Assembly (NCBI GenBank): GCA_035687145.1
Contig: DASRYM010000051.1
Location: forward strand, 2,309 to 66,308
Length of the DNA: 64,000 nt
Origin: Candidatus Zixiibacteriota bacterium
GTDB lineage: Bacteria; Chloroflexota; Limnocylindria; QHBO01
Direction: 5' to 3'
In this document: one piece after another, positions 56,392-64,000 of the stretch
How the letters are laid out: the number at the start of each line of letters is the position of its first letter
Position numbering within the stretch: position 1 is the stretch's first letter
Program-made: the position numbers and the translations under genes
The notes under the pieces: model-generated
Told to the model about the DNA's origin: nothing
Databases searched by the model: none
The model's input: only the letters and a program-made list of their open reading frames with translations

Positions 56392-56683
56392 GCGAAGAGC
56401 GTATGAACGCACGCGTGCTGGCCGCAACTTGGCCGGGCTCGCCCGGCCGGTGAACTCGATGGCGGTCCGATGCATCAGCCTTCTGACGACGCATCCCTTC
56501 GCCTTCCCGCTCGCCAGGCTCCAACCTCGGCGAGAGCACGATCAGCAGGGTCGCGATTGGTCCAAGCAGGAGGGACACCAGCCACCATGCGAGGCCCGAC
56601 CGATTGTTGCTCTGCGCCAGGCCCGCGTTGATGAGCGAGAGCGCGAACCAGCCGACGGAGTACGTGGTCGTATCCAGAGGCAC
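56270..56683 (-). CDS. Small membrane protein (2 TM) with a doubtful C-terminal extension
   Basis: The N-terminal ~55 aa (YSVGWFALSLINAGLAQSNNRSGLAWWLVSLLLGPIATLLIVL) look like a recurrent small-TM family. The remaining ~80 aa are Arg/Pro-rich and overlap crp by about 120 nt. Confidence 0.4.
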   Translation of the reverse strand: MPLDTTTYSVGWFALSLINAGLAQSNNRSGLAWWLVSLLLGPIATLLIVLSPRLEPGEREGEGMRRQKADASDRHRVHRPGEPGQVAASTRAFIRSSHGPAITVRHPRLRAGGRVGCARQTAPVPRPRDRVPRGGPG

Positions 56684-56809
56684 AGCCTCACCTCCACTCC
56701 CTCGATCGCTGAGCTAGTCGGCAAGATGAGGCTTCGGCGGCCGCGCGGCAAGGAATCAGGCGACTCGCGGGTAGTCCGGAGTGCGCCGCTGTGGTGCAGT
56801 GGCGGTGGT

Positions 56810-56884
56810 TGGCTGGGGCGGAAGGATTCGAACCTTCGGTCTCCTGATCCAGAGTCAGGCGCCTTACCGCTTGGCCACGCCCCA
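56810..56884 (-). tRNA. tRNA-Gln (anticodon CUG), CCA encoded
   Basis: Minus-strand sequence TGGGGCGTGGCCAAGCGGTAAGGCGCCTGACTCTGGATCAGGAGACCGAAGGTTCGAATCCTTCCGCCCCAGCCA folds as a cloverleaf: 7-bp acceptor stem, CCTGA/TCAGG anticodon stem, loop CTCTGGA, GAAGG/CCTTC T stem. Closely resembles E. coli tRNA-Gln. Confidence 0.95.
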
Positions 56885-57027
56885 GCGTCCAAGCACGACC
56901 GGTCGCGTGCTGCTGACGCCGATTCTACCCAGTCAGGTGACCTGTCGCTAAATCGGTCGGTCCAGTTGGCCGGCGGTGTGCCATCGGTACCTCCCACCTT
57001 TCGTACGCCACCGGGTAGTCCGGTCGG

Positions 57028-57435
57028 ATGCTGGCCGAGGAAGCACGCGACCGATACGGTGGCGGTGTGACGCAATCGGTGCAGCCGCGCGAGTGGCGAC
57101 GCTTCGGGTTCGGCGGTCCGCCGGAGCCATGGCCGCTCGACGCGCAGCGCGACCTCGACCGCCTGGCGACCTCCTACTACGTGGAGGTCCTCGAGCTGCG
57201 CCAGCAGGTGCTGGCCACCCACCCGCCGGACGATGTCTGCGGTCGGGTGGAGGAGCTGTGCACCACGGCCACCCGTCACAAGCACGAGATCGACTACACC
57301 CTGCGCCACTGGGCGACGCCGGTGGAGCGCGCGCGGGTCGAGGACCGGCTGGGCTCGCTAATGCGCATCAGCCGCAGCATGCGGACCCTGGTCGACGCGC
57401 CGCGGCCCGACGGCTGGACTCCGGACGCCGCCTGA
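57028..57435 (+). CDS. Hypothetical protein (135 aa)
   Basis: Coding-like composition. No family recognised. Confidence 0.5.
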   Translation: MLAEEARDRYGGGVTQSVQPREWRRFGFGGPPEPWPLDAQRDLDRLATSYYVEVLELRQQVLATHPPDDVCGRVEELCTTATRHKHEIDYTLRHWATPVERARVEDRLGSLMRISRSMRTLVDAPRPDGWTPDAA

Positions 57436-57494
57436 GCCCACAGCGCCCAACAGCCGAAGCCTGACGCATTGCGGGCGCCGATAGACTCGGCGCC

Positions 57495-58487
57495 ATGGCT
57501 CCCCGCCAACCGCTGGTCCGCGACGTCGTGGCCGCCCGCCACCGGCTGCGGGGCATCGCGCTGCACACGCCCCTCGAGCCCTCGCCGCGGCTGACCGAGG
57601 AGGCGGAAGCGGCCGACGTGCGCCTCAAGCTGGACATGCTCCAGCCGACCGGCGCCTTCAAGATCCGGGGGGCCTTCAACAAGGTCGCGCTGGTCGCCGC
57701 CGAGCAACCGGACGCCGAGCTCGTCACCGCCTCGACCGGCAACCACGGCATCGCGGTGGCCACCGCCGCGGCCGCGCACGGCATGCGCCTCACCGTGCTG
57801 GTCGGCGCCTCCATCACGGCCGCCAAGCTCGAGCGCCTGCGCGCCTTCGAGTCGGACCGATGCGTGGTCGAGGTCTTCGGCCGCTCCCCGGAGGATGCGG
57901 AGGCGGAGGCCCGGACCCGGGCCAATGCCGGACGCGCGATCTACGTCTCGCCCTACAACGACCCGGACGTGATAGCCGGACAGGGCACCCTGGCCGCCGA
58001 GGTGCTCGATGACTGGCCGGCGTGCGACGCCATGGTGGTGCCCGTCGGCGGCGGCGGGCTGATCTCGGGCATCGGCCTGTACGCCAAGGCGGTCAGGCCG
58101 GACCTGCGGCTGGTGGGGGTCCAGCCATCGGCCTCTCCGCCGGTCTACGCCTACCTGCAGTCGGGCTCCACGCGACCGATGCCGATCGCGCCCACTTTGG
58201 CCGATGCCGTGGCGGGCAACAACCAGCGCGACAGCATCACCTGGCGCCTGGTGCGACAGCTGGTCGACGAGGTCGTCCTGGTCGACGAGGCGCAGATCGG
58301 CCAGGCCATGGCCTGGCTGGCCGATACGCATCGGCTCATGGTGGAAGGGTCTGGGGCGCTGGCCGTGGCCGCCCTGCGCGCCGGGCTTGGCGGCCTCGCC
58401 GGACGCCGCGTGACGGCGGTGCTTTCGGGTCGAAACGTGGATGCCGGCACCTTCCAGCAGGTTCTGGCCACCTATTTGCACGCCTGA
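57495..58487 (+). CDS. PLP-dependent threonine/serine dehydratase (fold-type II)
   Basis: LQPTGAFKIRGA (PLP Lys), TASTGNHG, VPVGGGGLISG. Confidence 0.88.
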   Translation: MAPRQPLVRDVVAARHRLRGIALHTPLEPSPRLTEEAEAADVRLKLDMLQPTGAFKIRGAFNKVALVAAEQPDAELVTASTGNHGIAVATAAAAHGMRLTVLVGASITAAKLERLRAFESDRCVVEVFGRSPEDAEAEARTRANAGRAIYVSPYNDPDVIAGQGTLAAEVLDDWPACDAMVVPVGGGGLISGIGLYAKAVRPDLRLVGVQPSASPPVYAYLQSGSTRPMPIAPTLADAVAGNNQRDSITWRLVRQLVDEVVLVDEAQIGQAMAWLADTHRLMVEGSGALAVAALRAGLGGLAGRRVTAVLSGRNVDAGTFQQVLATYLHA

Positions 58488-58517
58488 AGGCCCCTTCGTG
58501 CCCAACGACCCGAACAC

Positions 58518-58859
58518 ATGGAGGCTGGCATCCACATGCTTCAGATGACCGATCGCGCCGTGACCCTGCTGCGCAACCTGCGCGAGGAGGCCGATCTTCC
58601 CGAGTCGACCGGAGTCCGCATCTACAGCGAATCGGACGAATCCGGCCGACCGATGCTGTCCATCGGCTTTACGCCCGAACCGGCACCGACCGACGAGGTC
58701 GCCGAGCAGGGCGGCCTGCGGCTGTTCGTGGCCAGTGACGTGGCCTCGCCGCTTGCCGGCGCGGTGATGGACGTCGTTGGTGAGGACGGCGAGTCGCAGC
58801 TCGTCTTCCGACCGGCCGCGGAGAGCGACGGCGCCGGCGGGCTGGGCGCGGGGACCTGA
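58518..58859 (+). CDS. HesB/IscA-like domain protein lacking the conserved Cys ligands
   Basis: MTDRAVTLLRNL...GVRIY...LSIGFTPEPAPTDEVAEQGGLRLFV layout resembles the IscA fold, but there are no Cys residues. Start is 58518 or an internal Met. Confidence 0.5.
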   Translation: MEAGIHMLQMTDRAVTLLRNLREEADLPESTGVRIYSESDESGRPMLSIGFTPEPAPTDEVAEQGGLRLFVASDVASPLAGAVMDVVGEDGESQLVFRPAAESDGAGGLGAGT

Positions 58860-58921
58860 CGGCCGCCGCCCGGGCGGCACGCACCCTTCCCTCACCTCCC
58901 CGGCGGTCGTACCATGCCGGG

Positions 58922-59485
58922 GTGAGTGACGAGACGGCCCGTAGCGGCGGGCTGAGCACCGGCGTGCTCGGCATCATCCTGATCGGGGTCGGGCTGCTCT
59001 TCCTGGCCGGCCAGCTGCTCGACGTCGACTGGGGCGCCATCGGCTGGCCCGTCTTCATCATCCTGCCCGGCCTGGCACTGGTGCTGCTGGGACTGACCAC
59101 CCGCAGCGATGCCGGGCTCACCGTGGCGGGCAGCATCGTGACCGTGGTCGGGCTGCTGCTCCTCTACCAGAACACCACCGGCCACTGGGAGAGCTGGGCC
59201 TACGTCTGGGCGCTGGTGGCGCCCGGCGGCAGCGGCATCGGGATGCTGCTCCACGGCATCCGCGCCGGTGAGCCGGCCACGGCACGCGCCGGCCTGTGGC
59301 AGGTGGTGACCGCGCTGGGGATCGCCGCGGTCGGCTTCATCTTCTTCGAGGGGATCATCGGCATCAGCGGCAACCGGCTGGCGCTCCCCGAGTGGTTGCT
59401 GCCGGCGGTGATCATCGTGCTGGGAGTCCTGGTCCTGCTGCGCGCGGTGGTCAGCCGCGAGCCGGAGGACGGTCTCCCGGCCTGA
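58922..59485 (+). CDS. Hypothetical integral membrane protein (about 5 TM)
   Basis: Hydrophobic helices throughout. GTG start. Confidence 0.6.
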   Translation: MSDETARSGGLSTGVLGIILIGVGLLFLAGQLLDVDWGAIGWPVFIILPGLALVLLGLTTRSDAGLTVAGSIVTVVGLLLLYQNTTGHWESWAYVWALVAPGGSGIGMLLHGIRAGEPATARAGLWQVVTALGIAAVGFIFFEGIIGISGNRLALPEWLLPAVIIVLGVLVLLRAVVSREPEDGLPA

Positions 59486-59780
59486 CGCACCTTTCCGCGG
59501 GCGCCGGACGGAACAGCGGGACGAGCTCCAGCCGCGCCTCGCGCCGGCCGCGCACCTCGTCCTCCCGCGCCAGCACCAGCGTCCGCTCGTGTCCCACGCT
59601 GCGAAGGTAGCGCGGCGTCATCTGTGGCTGCGCCGGCCGAGCAGCGGCAGGCGCACGAGCCGCCGACCACCCTTGGGGTTCGGGGCCCGGCGGCGGCGCA
59701 GGCTCTGAACCCGATCCTCGGTGGCCAGCAGGGCGCGGTGGAGGCGGTAGTCCAGCATGTCCACGAGTCGTCCCTCGTTC

Positions 59781-59835
59781 GTCACCAGTCATAAGCTTTC
59801 ACTGGTGACGCTAGGCTAGTTTGCTGAGCGTCACC
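59781..59835. promoter_or_regulatory. Two interlocked perfect 9-bp inverted repeats sharing GGTGAC/GTCACC cores upstream of the CGNR gene
   Basis: GTCACCAGT (59781-59789) pairs with ACTGGTGAC (59801-59809), and GGTGACGCT (59804-59812) pairs with AGCGTCACC (59827-59835). The local sequence is AT-richer. Confidence 0.45.
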
Positions 59836-59860
59836 TGTCAATGGGTTGTAGGTGGTGATG

Positions 59861-59866
59861 TACAAT
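59861..59866 (+). promoter_or_regulatory. -10-like TACAAT box; predicts a leaderless transcript starting at GTG 59874
   Basis: TANNNT hexamer 7 nt upstream of an in-frame GTG (MRAV-V4). The annotated ATG at 59865 lies inside the box. Confidence 0.35.
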
Positions 59867-60431
59867 GCGTGCCGTGACCTCCGAGACCTACGCCGGTCCT
59901 GACCTCGAGCTGGTCATGGACTTCGTCAACACCAACGACGTGGAGGACGGGCGCGATGTCATCGCCACGCCCCGCGCCTTCGCCGCCTGGCTCGCCGACC
60001 GCGGCGTGGCACCGGCCGGGGTGAAGGTCAGCCCCGACCTGCACCGCCGCGCGCTCGACGTGCGCGAGGGCATCCGCGCCCTGGGCCGCGCCAACAACGA
60101 CGAGCCGCTCGAGGCCGACCGCGTGGAGGCCATGAACCGGGCCGCTCGCAGGCTGCGGCTCAGCGTGCAGCTGCGCCACGACCGGTGGAGCCTGGAGCCG
60201 TCCGGCGATCCGGCCGAGGCCTTCCTGGCCGGGGTGATGGCGACCCTGGCGCGGGCCATGGCCGACGACCGCTGGTCCCGGGTCAAGGCCTGCCGCAACG
60301 ACACCTGCCGCTGGCTGTACTTCGACCAGTCCCGCAACCGCTCGCGGACGTGGTGCACCATGGCCATCTGCGGCAGCCGTCTCAAGGCGCGCGCCTACCG
60401 GGCGCGGCGGCGCCAGGCCGCCACGGCGTGA
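59865..60431 (+). CDS. CGNR zinc-finger / ABATE-domain protein (putative stress-responsive regulator)
   Basis: N-terminal LELVMDFVNT and the C-terminal Zn-finger CRNDTCRWLYFDQSRNRSRTWCTMAICGSRLKARAYRAR. The true start may be GTG at 59874. Confidence 0.85.
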   Translation: MRAVTSETYAGPDLELVMDFVNTNDVEDGRDVIATPRAFAAWLADRGVAPAGVKVSPDLHRRALDVREGIRALGRANNDEPLEADRVEAMNRAARRLRLSVQLRHDRWSLEPSGDPAEAFLAGVMATLARAMADDRWSRVKACRNDTCRWLYFDQSRNRSRTWCTMAICGSRLKARAYRARRRQAATA

Positions 60432-61024
60432 CCGCGTCCGGCCCGTCCCTGGTCGCGCACCCGCTGACGCCGGACCGGTGGGCTGACCTCGAGCGCCTGT
60501 TCGGCCCGAACGGCGCCTCCTCGAACTGCTGGTGCGCCTACCAGCGCGTCAGCGGCGCGGAGTTCGGTCGCGGCTGCGCCAACGGCGGGGCCGGCAACCG
60601 CGCGCTGCTGCGGGCCCTGACCGATGAGGGCCGGCGGCCCGGCATCCTGGCCTTCCGCGGCGACGAGCCGGTGGGCTGGATCAGCGCCGGCCCGCGGGTC
60701 GAGTTCGGCAGGCTGCTGCGCTCACCGGTCACGCGCCTGGCCCGCGAGGAACGCGGGGACCCGACCGTCTGGTCGGTGGCGTGCCTCTTCCTGCCGCGCC
60801 GCAGCCGTGGACAGGGCATCGCGCGCTTCCTGCTGGGTGCGGCGGTGGAGGCGGCGCGGGCCGCCGGCGGGCGGCGCATCGAGGGCTACCCGGTCGACAC
60901 CGACGGGCGGCGGATCGAGAGCGGTTCGGCCTTCATGGGCACCCGCGACCTCTTCGAGCAGGCCGGCTTCACGGTGCGCGCCGAGCACTGGAAGGGCCGA
61001 CCGGTCATGTCGCTGGACCTGTAG
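60428..61024 (+). CDS. GNAT-family N-acetyltransferase
   Basis: RRSRGQGIARFLLGAAVEAARAAG acetyl-CoA motif A. GTGA overlap with the CGNR gene. Confidence 0.75.
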   Translation: MTASGPSLVAHPLTPDRWADLERLFGPNGASSNCWCAYQRVSGAEFGRGCANGGAGNRALLRALTDEGRRPGILAFRGDEPVGWISAGPRVEFGRLLRSPVTRLAREERGDPTVWSVACLFLPRRSRGQGIARFLLGAAVEAARAAGGRRIEGYPVDTDGRRIESGSAFMGTRDLFEQAGFTVRAEHWKGRPVMSLDL

Positions 61025-61234
61025 GTGGCGCGGCCCACGCGAAGCGTCGCAATTCACACCAGGTACGCATTGCGCGCGGCCTGACGGCGCTGGATGGTCT
61101 CAACGCACGCCGGGTGTGTGTTGCGACCCTTGGCGAGCGGTTTCGGCGACGTGATGGTCACTCCATGTGAAGTGCGACGGTTCAGCAGCCGGGATCGCTG
61201 AAGCGGAGGCATCGGGCCCGTATCCTTAGGAGAG

Positions 61235-64000
61235 ATGCCATCTCCTGAGCCACCCGACCCGTCCACCCTGGCGTTCGCGCTCGACAGCGTGAATGCCGGC
61301 TATGTCGCCGAGCAGTACGAGCAGTACCGACGCGACCCCGATTCGGTGGAGCCCGAGTGGCGGGTGCTCTTCGACAGTGGCTTCGGCGGCTTCGAGCCGG
61401 TGGCCCGGCCCGCGGCACAGCCTCCCGAGGGCAACGGCTCGGCGGACGGGCAGAGGGCAGCCGCGGCGCAGGCGCCTGCCGAGCCACAGGGGCCTGCCGA
61501 GCCGCAACCCCCGGGGGGTGGCACCGTCATCCGCGGGCCGGCACTGCGCCTGGCGCAGAACATGGCCCGTTCGCTGGAGATCCCGACCGCCACCAGCTTC
61601 CGGGACGTGGAGGTCACCACCCTCGAGGTGCGGCGGCGCGAGCTGAACGGCCGCGTGGCGCCCACCAAGGTCAGCTTCACCCATCTCATCGGCTGGGCCA
61701 TCGTCCGGGCCGCCACCGACCAGCCGTCCATGACCCACTACTTCACGGAACGGGACGGGATGGCCTACCGCGTTGACCCGGGCGGCGTGAACCTGGGGCT
61801 GGCGGTGGACGTCGAGCGCCCCGACGGGAGCCGCTTCCTGGTAGTGCCGGTCATCAAGGGCGCGGAGGGCATGGACTTCGCCCAGTTCCATGCCCGCTAT
61901 GAGGACCTGGTGGCGCGGGCGCGGACCAACAAACTGGCGCCCGACGACTACGCCGGCGCCACCATCACCCTCACCAACCCGGGCACGCTGGGCACCACCG
62001 CCTCGGTCCCGCGGCTGATGCCCGGCCAGGGGACGATCGTGGCCACCGGCGCCATCCGCGACGTCGGCCAGCGGCGGGTGATGACCCTAACCTCCACCTA
62101 CGACCACCGCATCATCCAGGGTGCCGAGTCAGGCGCCTTCCTGCGGCGCATCGACGCGCTGCTGGCCGGCGAGGACGGCTTCTACGAAGAGGTCTTCGCC
62201 GCCATGAACGCCGGGGCGCCGCGGGCCATCGAGAGCGCGCCGATGGCGACGACGGCGCCATTGGTCCAGCCGGCTGCGGCTCCCGCGGAGGGCCAGCCCG
62301 GCCTGGAGGCCGTGGCTGCGGCGGTCGCGCTGGTGCGAGCCTATCGGTCCTTCGGTCACCTGGCGGCCCGGTTGGACCCGCTGGGCAGTGAGCCGCCCGG
62401 CGATCCCGCCCTGGACCCCGAGTCGCTGGGCCTGACCCCCGAGGCAATGGCCGCCATCCCGGCCCGGCTGCTGCGCGTCGCGTGCCCGGGCGACACCCTG
62501 GCCGAGGCGCTCCCGTACCTGAAGGCCACGTACTGCGGCTCCATCGCCTACGAGGTGGAGCACCTGGCGTCCCACGAGGAGCGCATGTGGCTGCGCGAGG
62601 TGATCGAGTCGGGGGCGCACCGGAAACCACTCTCGAACGAGGAGAGGCGCGCGCTGCTCGACCGGCTGACCCGGGTGGAGGGCCTCGAGCGATTCCTGCA
62701 TCGGGCCTACCTGGGGCAGAAGCGGTTCAGCATCGAGGGCCTGGACGCCATGGTGCCGATGATCGACACCGTCCTGACCGATGCGGCGGCCGCCGGCACG
62801 CGGGACGTGGTCATCGGTATGGCGCACCGCGGCCGCCTCAACGTGCTGGCCCACGTGGTCGGCGTCAGCTACGAGGCCATCCTGGCCGAGTTCGAGGCCG
62901 GGCGCTCGGGCGGCGAGGCCGTGCAGCCTCGTGGCGAGTCGGATGACGTGAAGTACCACCTGGGCGCGGCCGGCACCTACCGCACGCCCGACGACCACGA
63001 GGTGCGGGTCACCCTGTCGCCGAACCCCAGCCACCTGGAGGCGGTCGACCCGGTGGTCGAGGGCCGCGCCCGCGCCCAGCAGTCCGACCGCTCCGGGCGC
63101 GAGGTGACCGTCGACCCGGACCGCACCCTGCCGCTGCTGATCCACGGCGACGCCGCCTTCGCTGCCCAGGGCGTGGTGGCCGAGACCCTCAACCTGGCCC
63201 GCCTGGCCGGCTACACCACCGGCGGCACCATCCACATCATCGCCAACAACCAGGTGGGCTTCACCACCGGCGCGCGGGAGGCCCGCTCGACGACCTACTC
63301 GTCCGACCTGGCCAAGGGCTTCGACGTGCCGATCATCCACGTCAACGCCGACGACCCGGAGGCCTGCCTGGCCGCCGCCAGGCTGGCCATGGCCTATCGC
63401 GAGAAGTTCCACGGGGACGTGGTCATCGACCTGGTGGGCTACCGCCGCTACGGCCACAACGAGGGCGACGAGCCGGCCTACACCCAGCCGGTCATGTACC
63501 GCGCCATCGCCGAGCACCCCAGCGTGCGCGAGCTGTACCAGCGCCAGCTGGTGGCCGACGGGGTGGTGACCGAGGAGGAGGCGGAGACCGCCGCCAGGGA
63601 GCTCGCCCGGGACCTGGCGCGCCGCCAGGCGCAGGTGCGCAGGCAGCACGCGGCCCCGGAGCTGGACCGCGGCTCGGAGGCGCTGGAGGTGGAGGGCTCC
63701 CCGGAGCCGGACACCGCGGTGCCCCTGGACCGCCTGCGGTCCCTGAACGCCGGCCTCTTCCGCTGGCCCGATGGCTTCACCGTGCACCCCAAGCTGGTGA
63801 AGCAGCTCGAGCGGCGGCGCGACGCCCTGGCCGATGCAGCCAACCAGATCGACTGGGCCCACGCCGAGGCGCTGGCCCTGGCCTCCCTGCTCGCCGATGG
63901 CGTGCCCGTGCGGCTCACCGGCCAGGACACCGTGCGCGGCACCTTCAGCCAGCGCCACGCCACCCTGTTCGACGCGCGCACCGGCGAGCCCTACACGCCG
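61235..64000 (+). CDS. kgd: Multifunctional 2-oxoglutarate dehydrogenase/decarboxylase E1 with N-terminal E2-like acyltransferase domain (Kgd/OdhA type); 3' end outside the window
   Basis: My own translation: MPSPEPPDPSTLAFALDSVNAGYVAEQYEQYRRDPDSVEPEWRVLF, an E2 catalytic core (TLTSTYDHRIIQGAESGAFL), then E1o motifs (RAYRSFGHLAARLDPLG, GQKRFSIEGLDAMVP, GMAHRGRLNVLAHV, HGDAAFAAQGVV). The frame is open for 922 codons to the window edge. It is absent from the ORF track, which lists only antisense shadows here. Confidence 0.9.
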   Translation, partial: MPSPEPPDPSTLAFALDSVNAGYVAEQYEQYRRDPDSVEPEWRVLFDSGFGGFEPVARPAAQPPEGNGSADGQRAAAAQAPAEPQGPAEPQPPGGGTVIRGPALRLAQNMARSLEIPTATSFRDVEVTTLEVRRRELNGRVAPTKVSFTHLIGWAIVRAATDQPSMTHYFTERDGMAYRVDPGGVNLGLAVDVERPDGSRFLVVPVIKGAEGMDFAQFHARYEDLVARARTNKLAPDDYAGATITLTNPGTLGTTASVPRLMPGQGTIVATGAIRDVGQRRVMTLTSTYDHRIIQGAESGAFLRRIDALLAGEDGFYEEVFAAMNAGAPRAIESAPMATTAPLVQPAAAPAEGQPGLEAVAAAVALVRAYRSFGHLAARLDPLGSEPPGDPALDPESLGLTPEAMAAIPARLLRVACPGDTLAEALPYLKATYCGSIAYEVEHLASHEERMWLREVIESGAHRKPLSNEERRALLDRLTRVEGLERFLHRAYLGQKRFSIEGLDAMVPMIDTVLTDAAAAGTRDVVIGMAHRGRLNVLAHVVGVSYEAILAEFEAGRSGGEAVQPRGESDDVKYHLGAAGTYRTPDDHEVRVTLSPNPSHLEAVDPVVEGRARAQQSDRSGREVTVDPDRTLPLLIHGDAAFAAQGVVAETLNLARLAGYTTGGTIHIIANNQVGFTTGAREARSTTYSSDLAKGFDVPIIHVNADDPEACLAAARLAMAYREKFHGDVVIDLVGYRRYGHNEGDEPAYTQPVMYRAIAEHPSVRELYQRQLVADGVVTEEEAETAARELARDLARRQAQVRRQHAAPELDRGSEALEVEGSPEPDTAVPLDRLRSLNAGLFRWPDGFTVHPKLVKQLERRRDALADAANQIDWAHAEALALASLLADGVPVRLTGQDTVRGTFSQRHATLFDARTGEPYTP

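Noticed and set aside
50403-56884. Calling the lower-GC tRNA-Gln-adjacent segment a mobile element
   Set aside because: I could not find an integrase, transposase, conjugation or phage gene, or an att-like direct repeat by eye. It is reported only as a compositional and contextual observation.

Overview
This is a 64-kb, high-GC bacterial chromosome segment. Hand counts on sampled 60-nt lines give about 70-75% G+C. Gene content looks Actinomycetota-like: a Kgd/OdhA-type fused E2-E1 2-oxoglutarate dehydrogenase, split PntAA/PntAB/PntB, phosphoketolase plus acetate kinase, a sugar ABC operon with no ATPase of its own, many ATGA/GTGA/TGATG start-stop overlaps, and TANNNT boxes 6-9 nt from some start codons. 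I can support about 58 protein genes, one tRNA-Gln(CUG), three pseudogenes, and several repeats and palindromes. I saw no rRNA, CRISPR, transposase, integrase or phage genes. Most long ORFs in the supplied track that lie antisense to these genes are GC-driven shadow ORFs. The 3'-truncated kgd gene (61235 to the window end) is missing from the track because it has no stop codon in the window. Observations worth a second look: (1) the 9-mer GGACCGATG (core GACCGATG) is strongly over-represented on both strands even though every reading frame of it needs a rare A/T-ending codon; (2) a tandem 213-bp-period repeat built from AGTC-anchored hairpin sub-repeats sits upstream of moaA; (3) an arsR-dsrE-tusA-dsrE-tusA-sqr sulfur-relay operon has no persulfide dioxygenase or rhodanese; (4) an aminoglycoside-resistance-type 16S rRNA G1405 methyltransferase homologue is translationally coupled between rsmI and tgt; (5) an orphan KAS-SRPBCC-flavoreductase-methyltransferase operon lacks an ACP; (6) a lower-GC segment next to tRNA-Gln carries a large cadherin-like/TSP3 surface protein, a Crp-family regulator and decaying PadR/ABC genes. 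All calls come from reading the sequence and recalled family motifs. No database search or computation was run, and the k-mer counts were made by eye.
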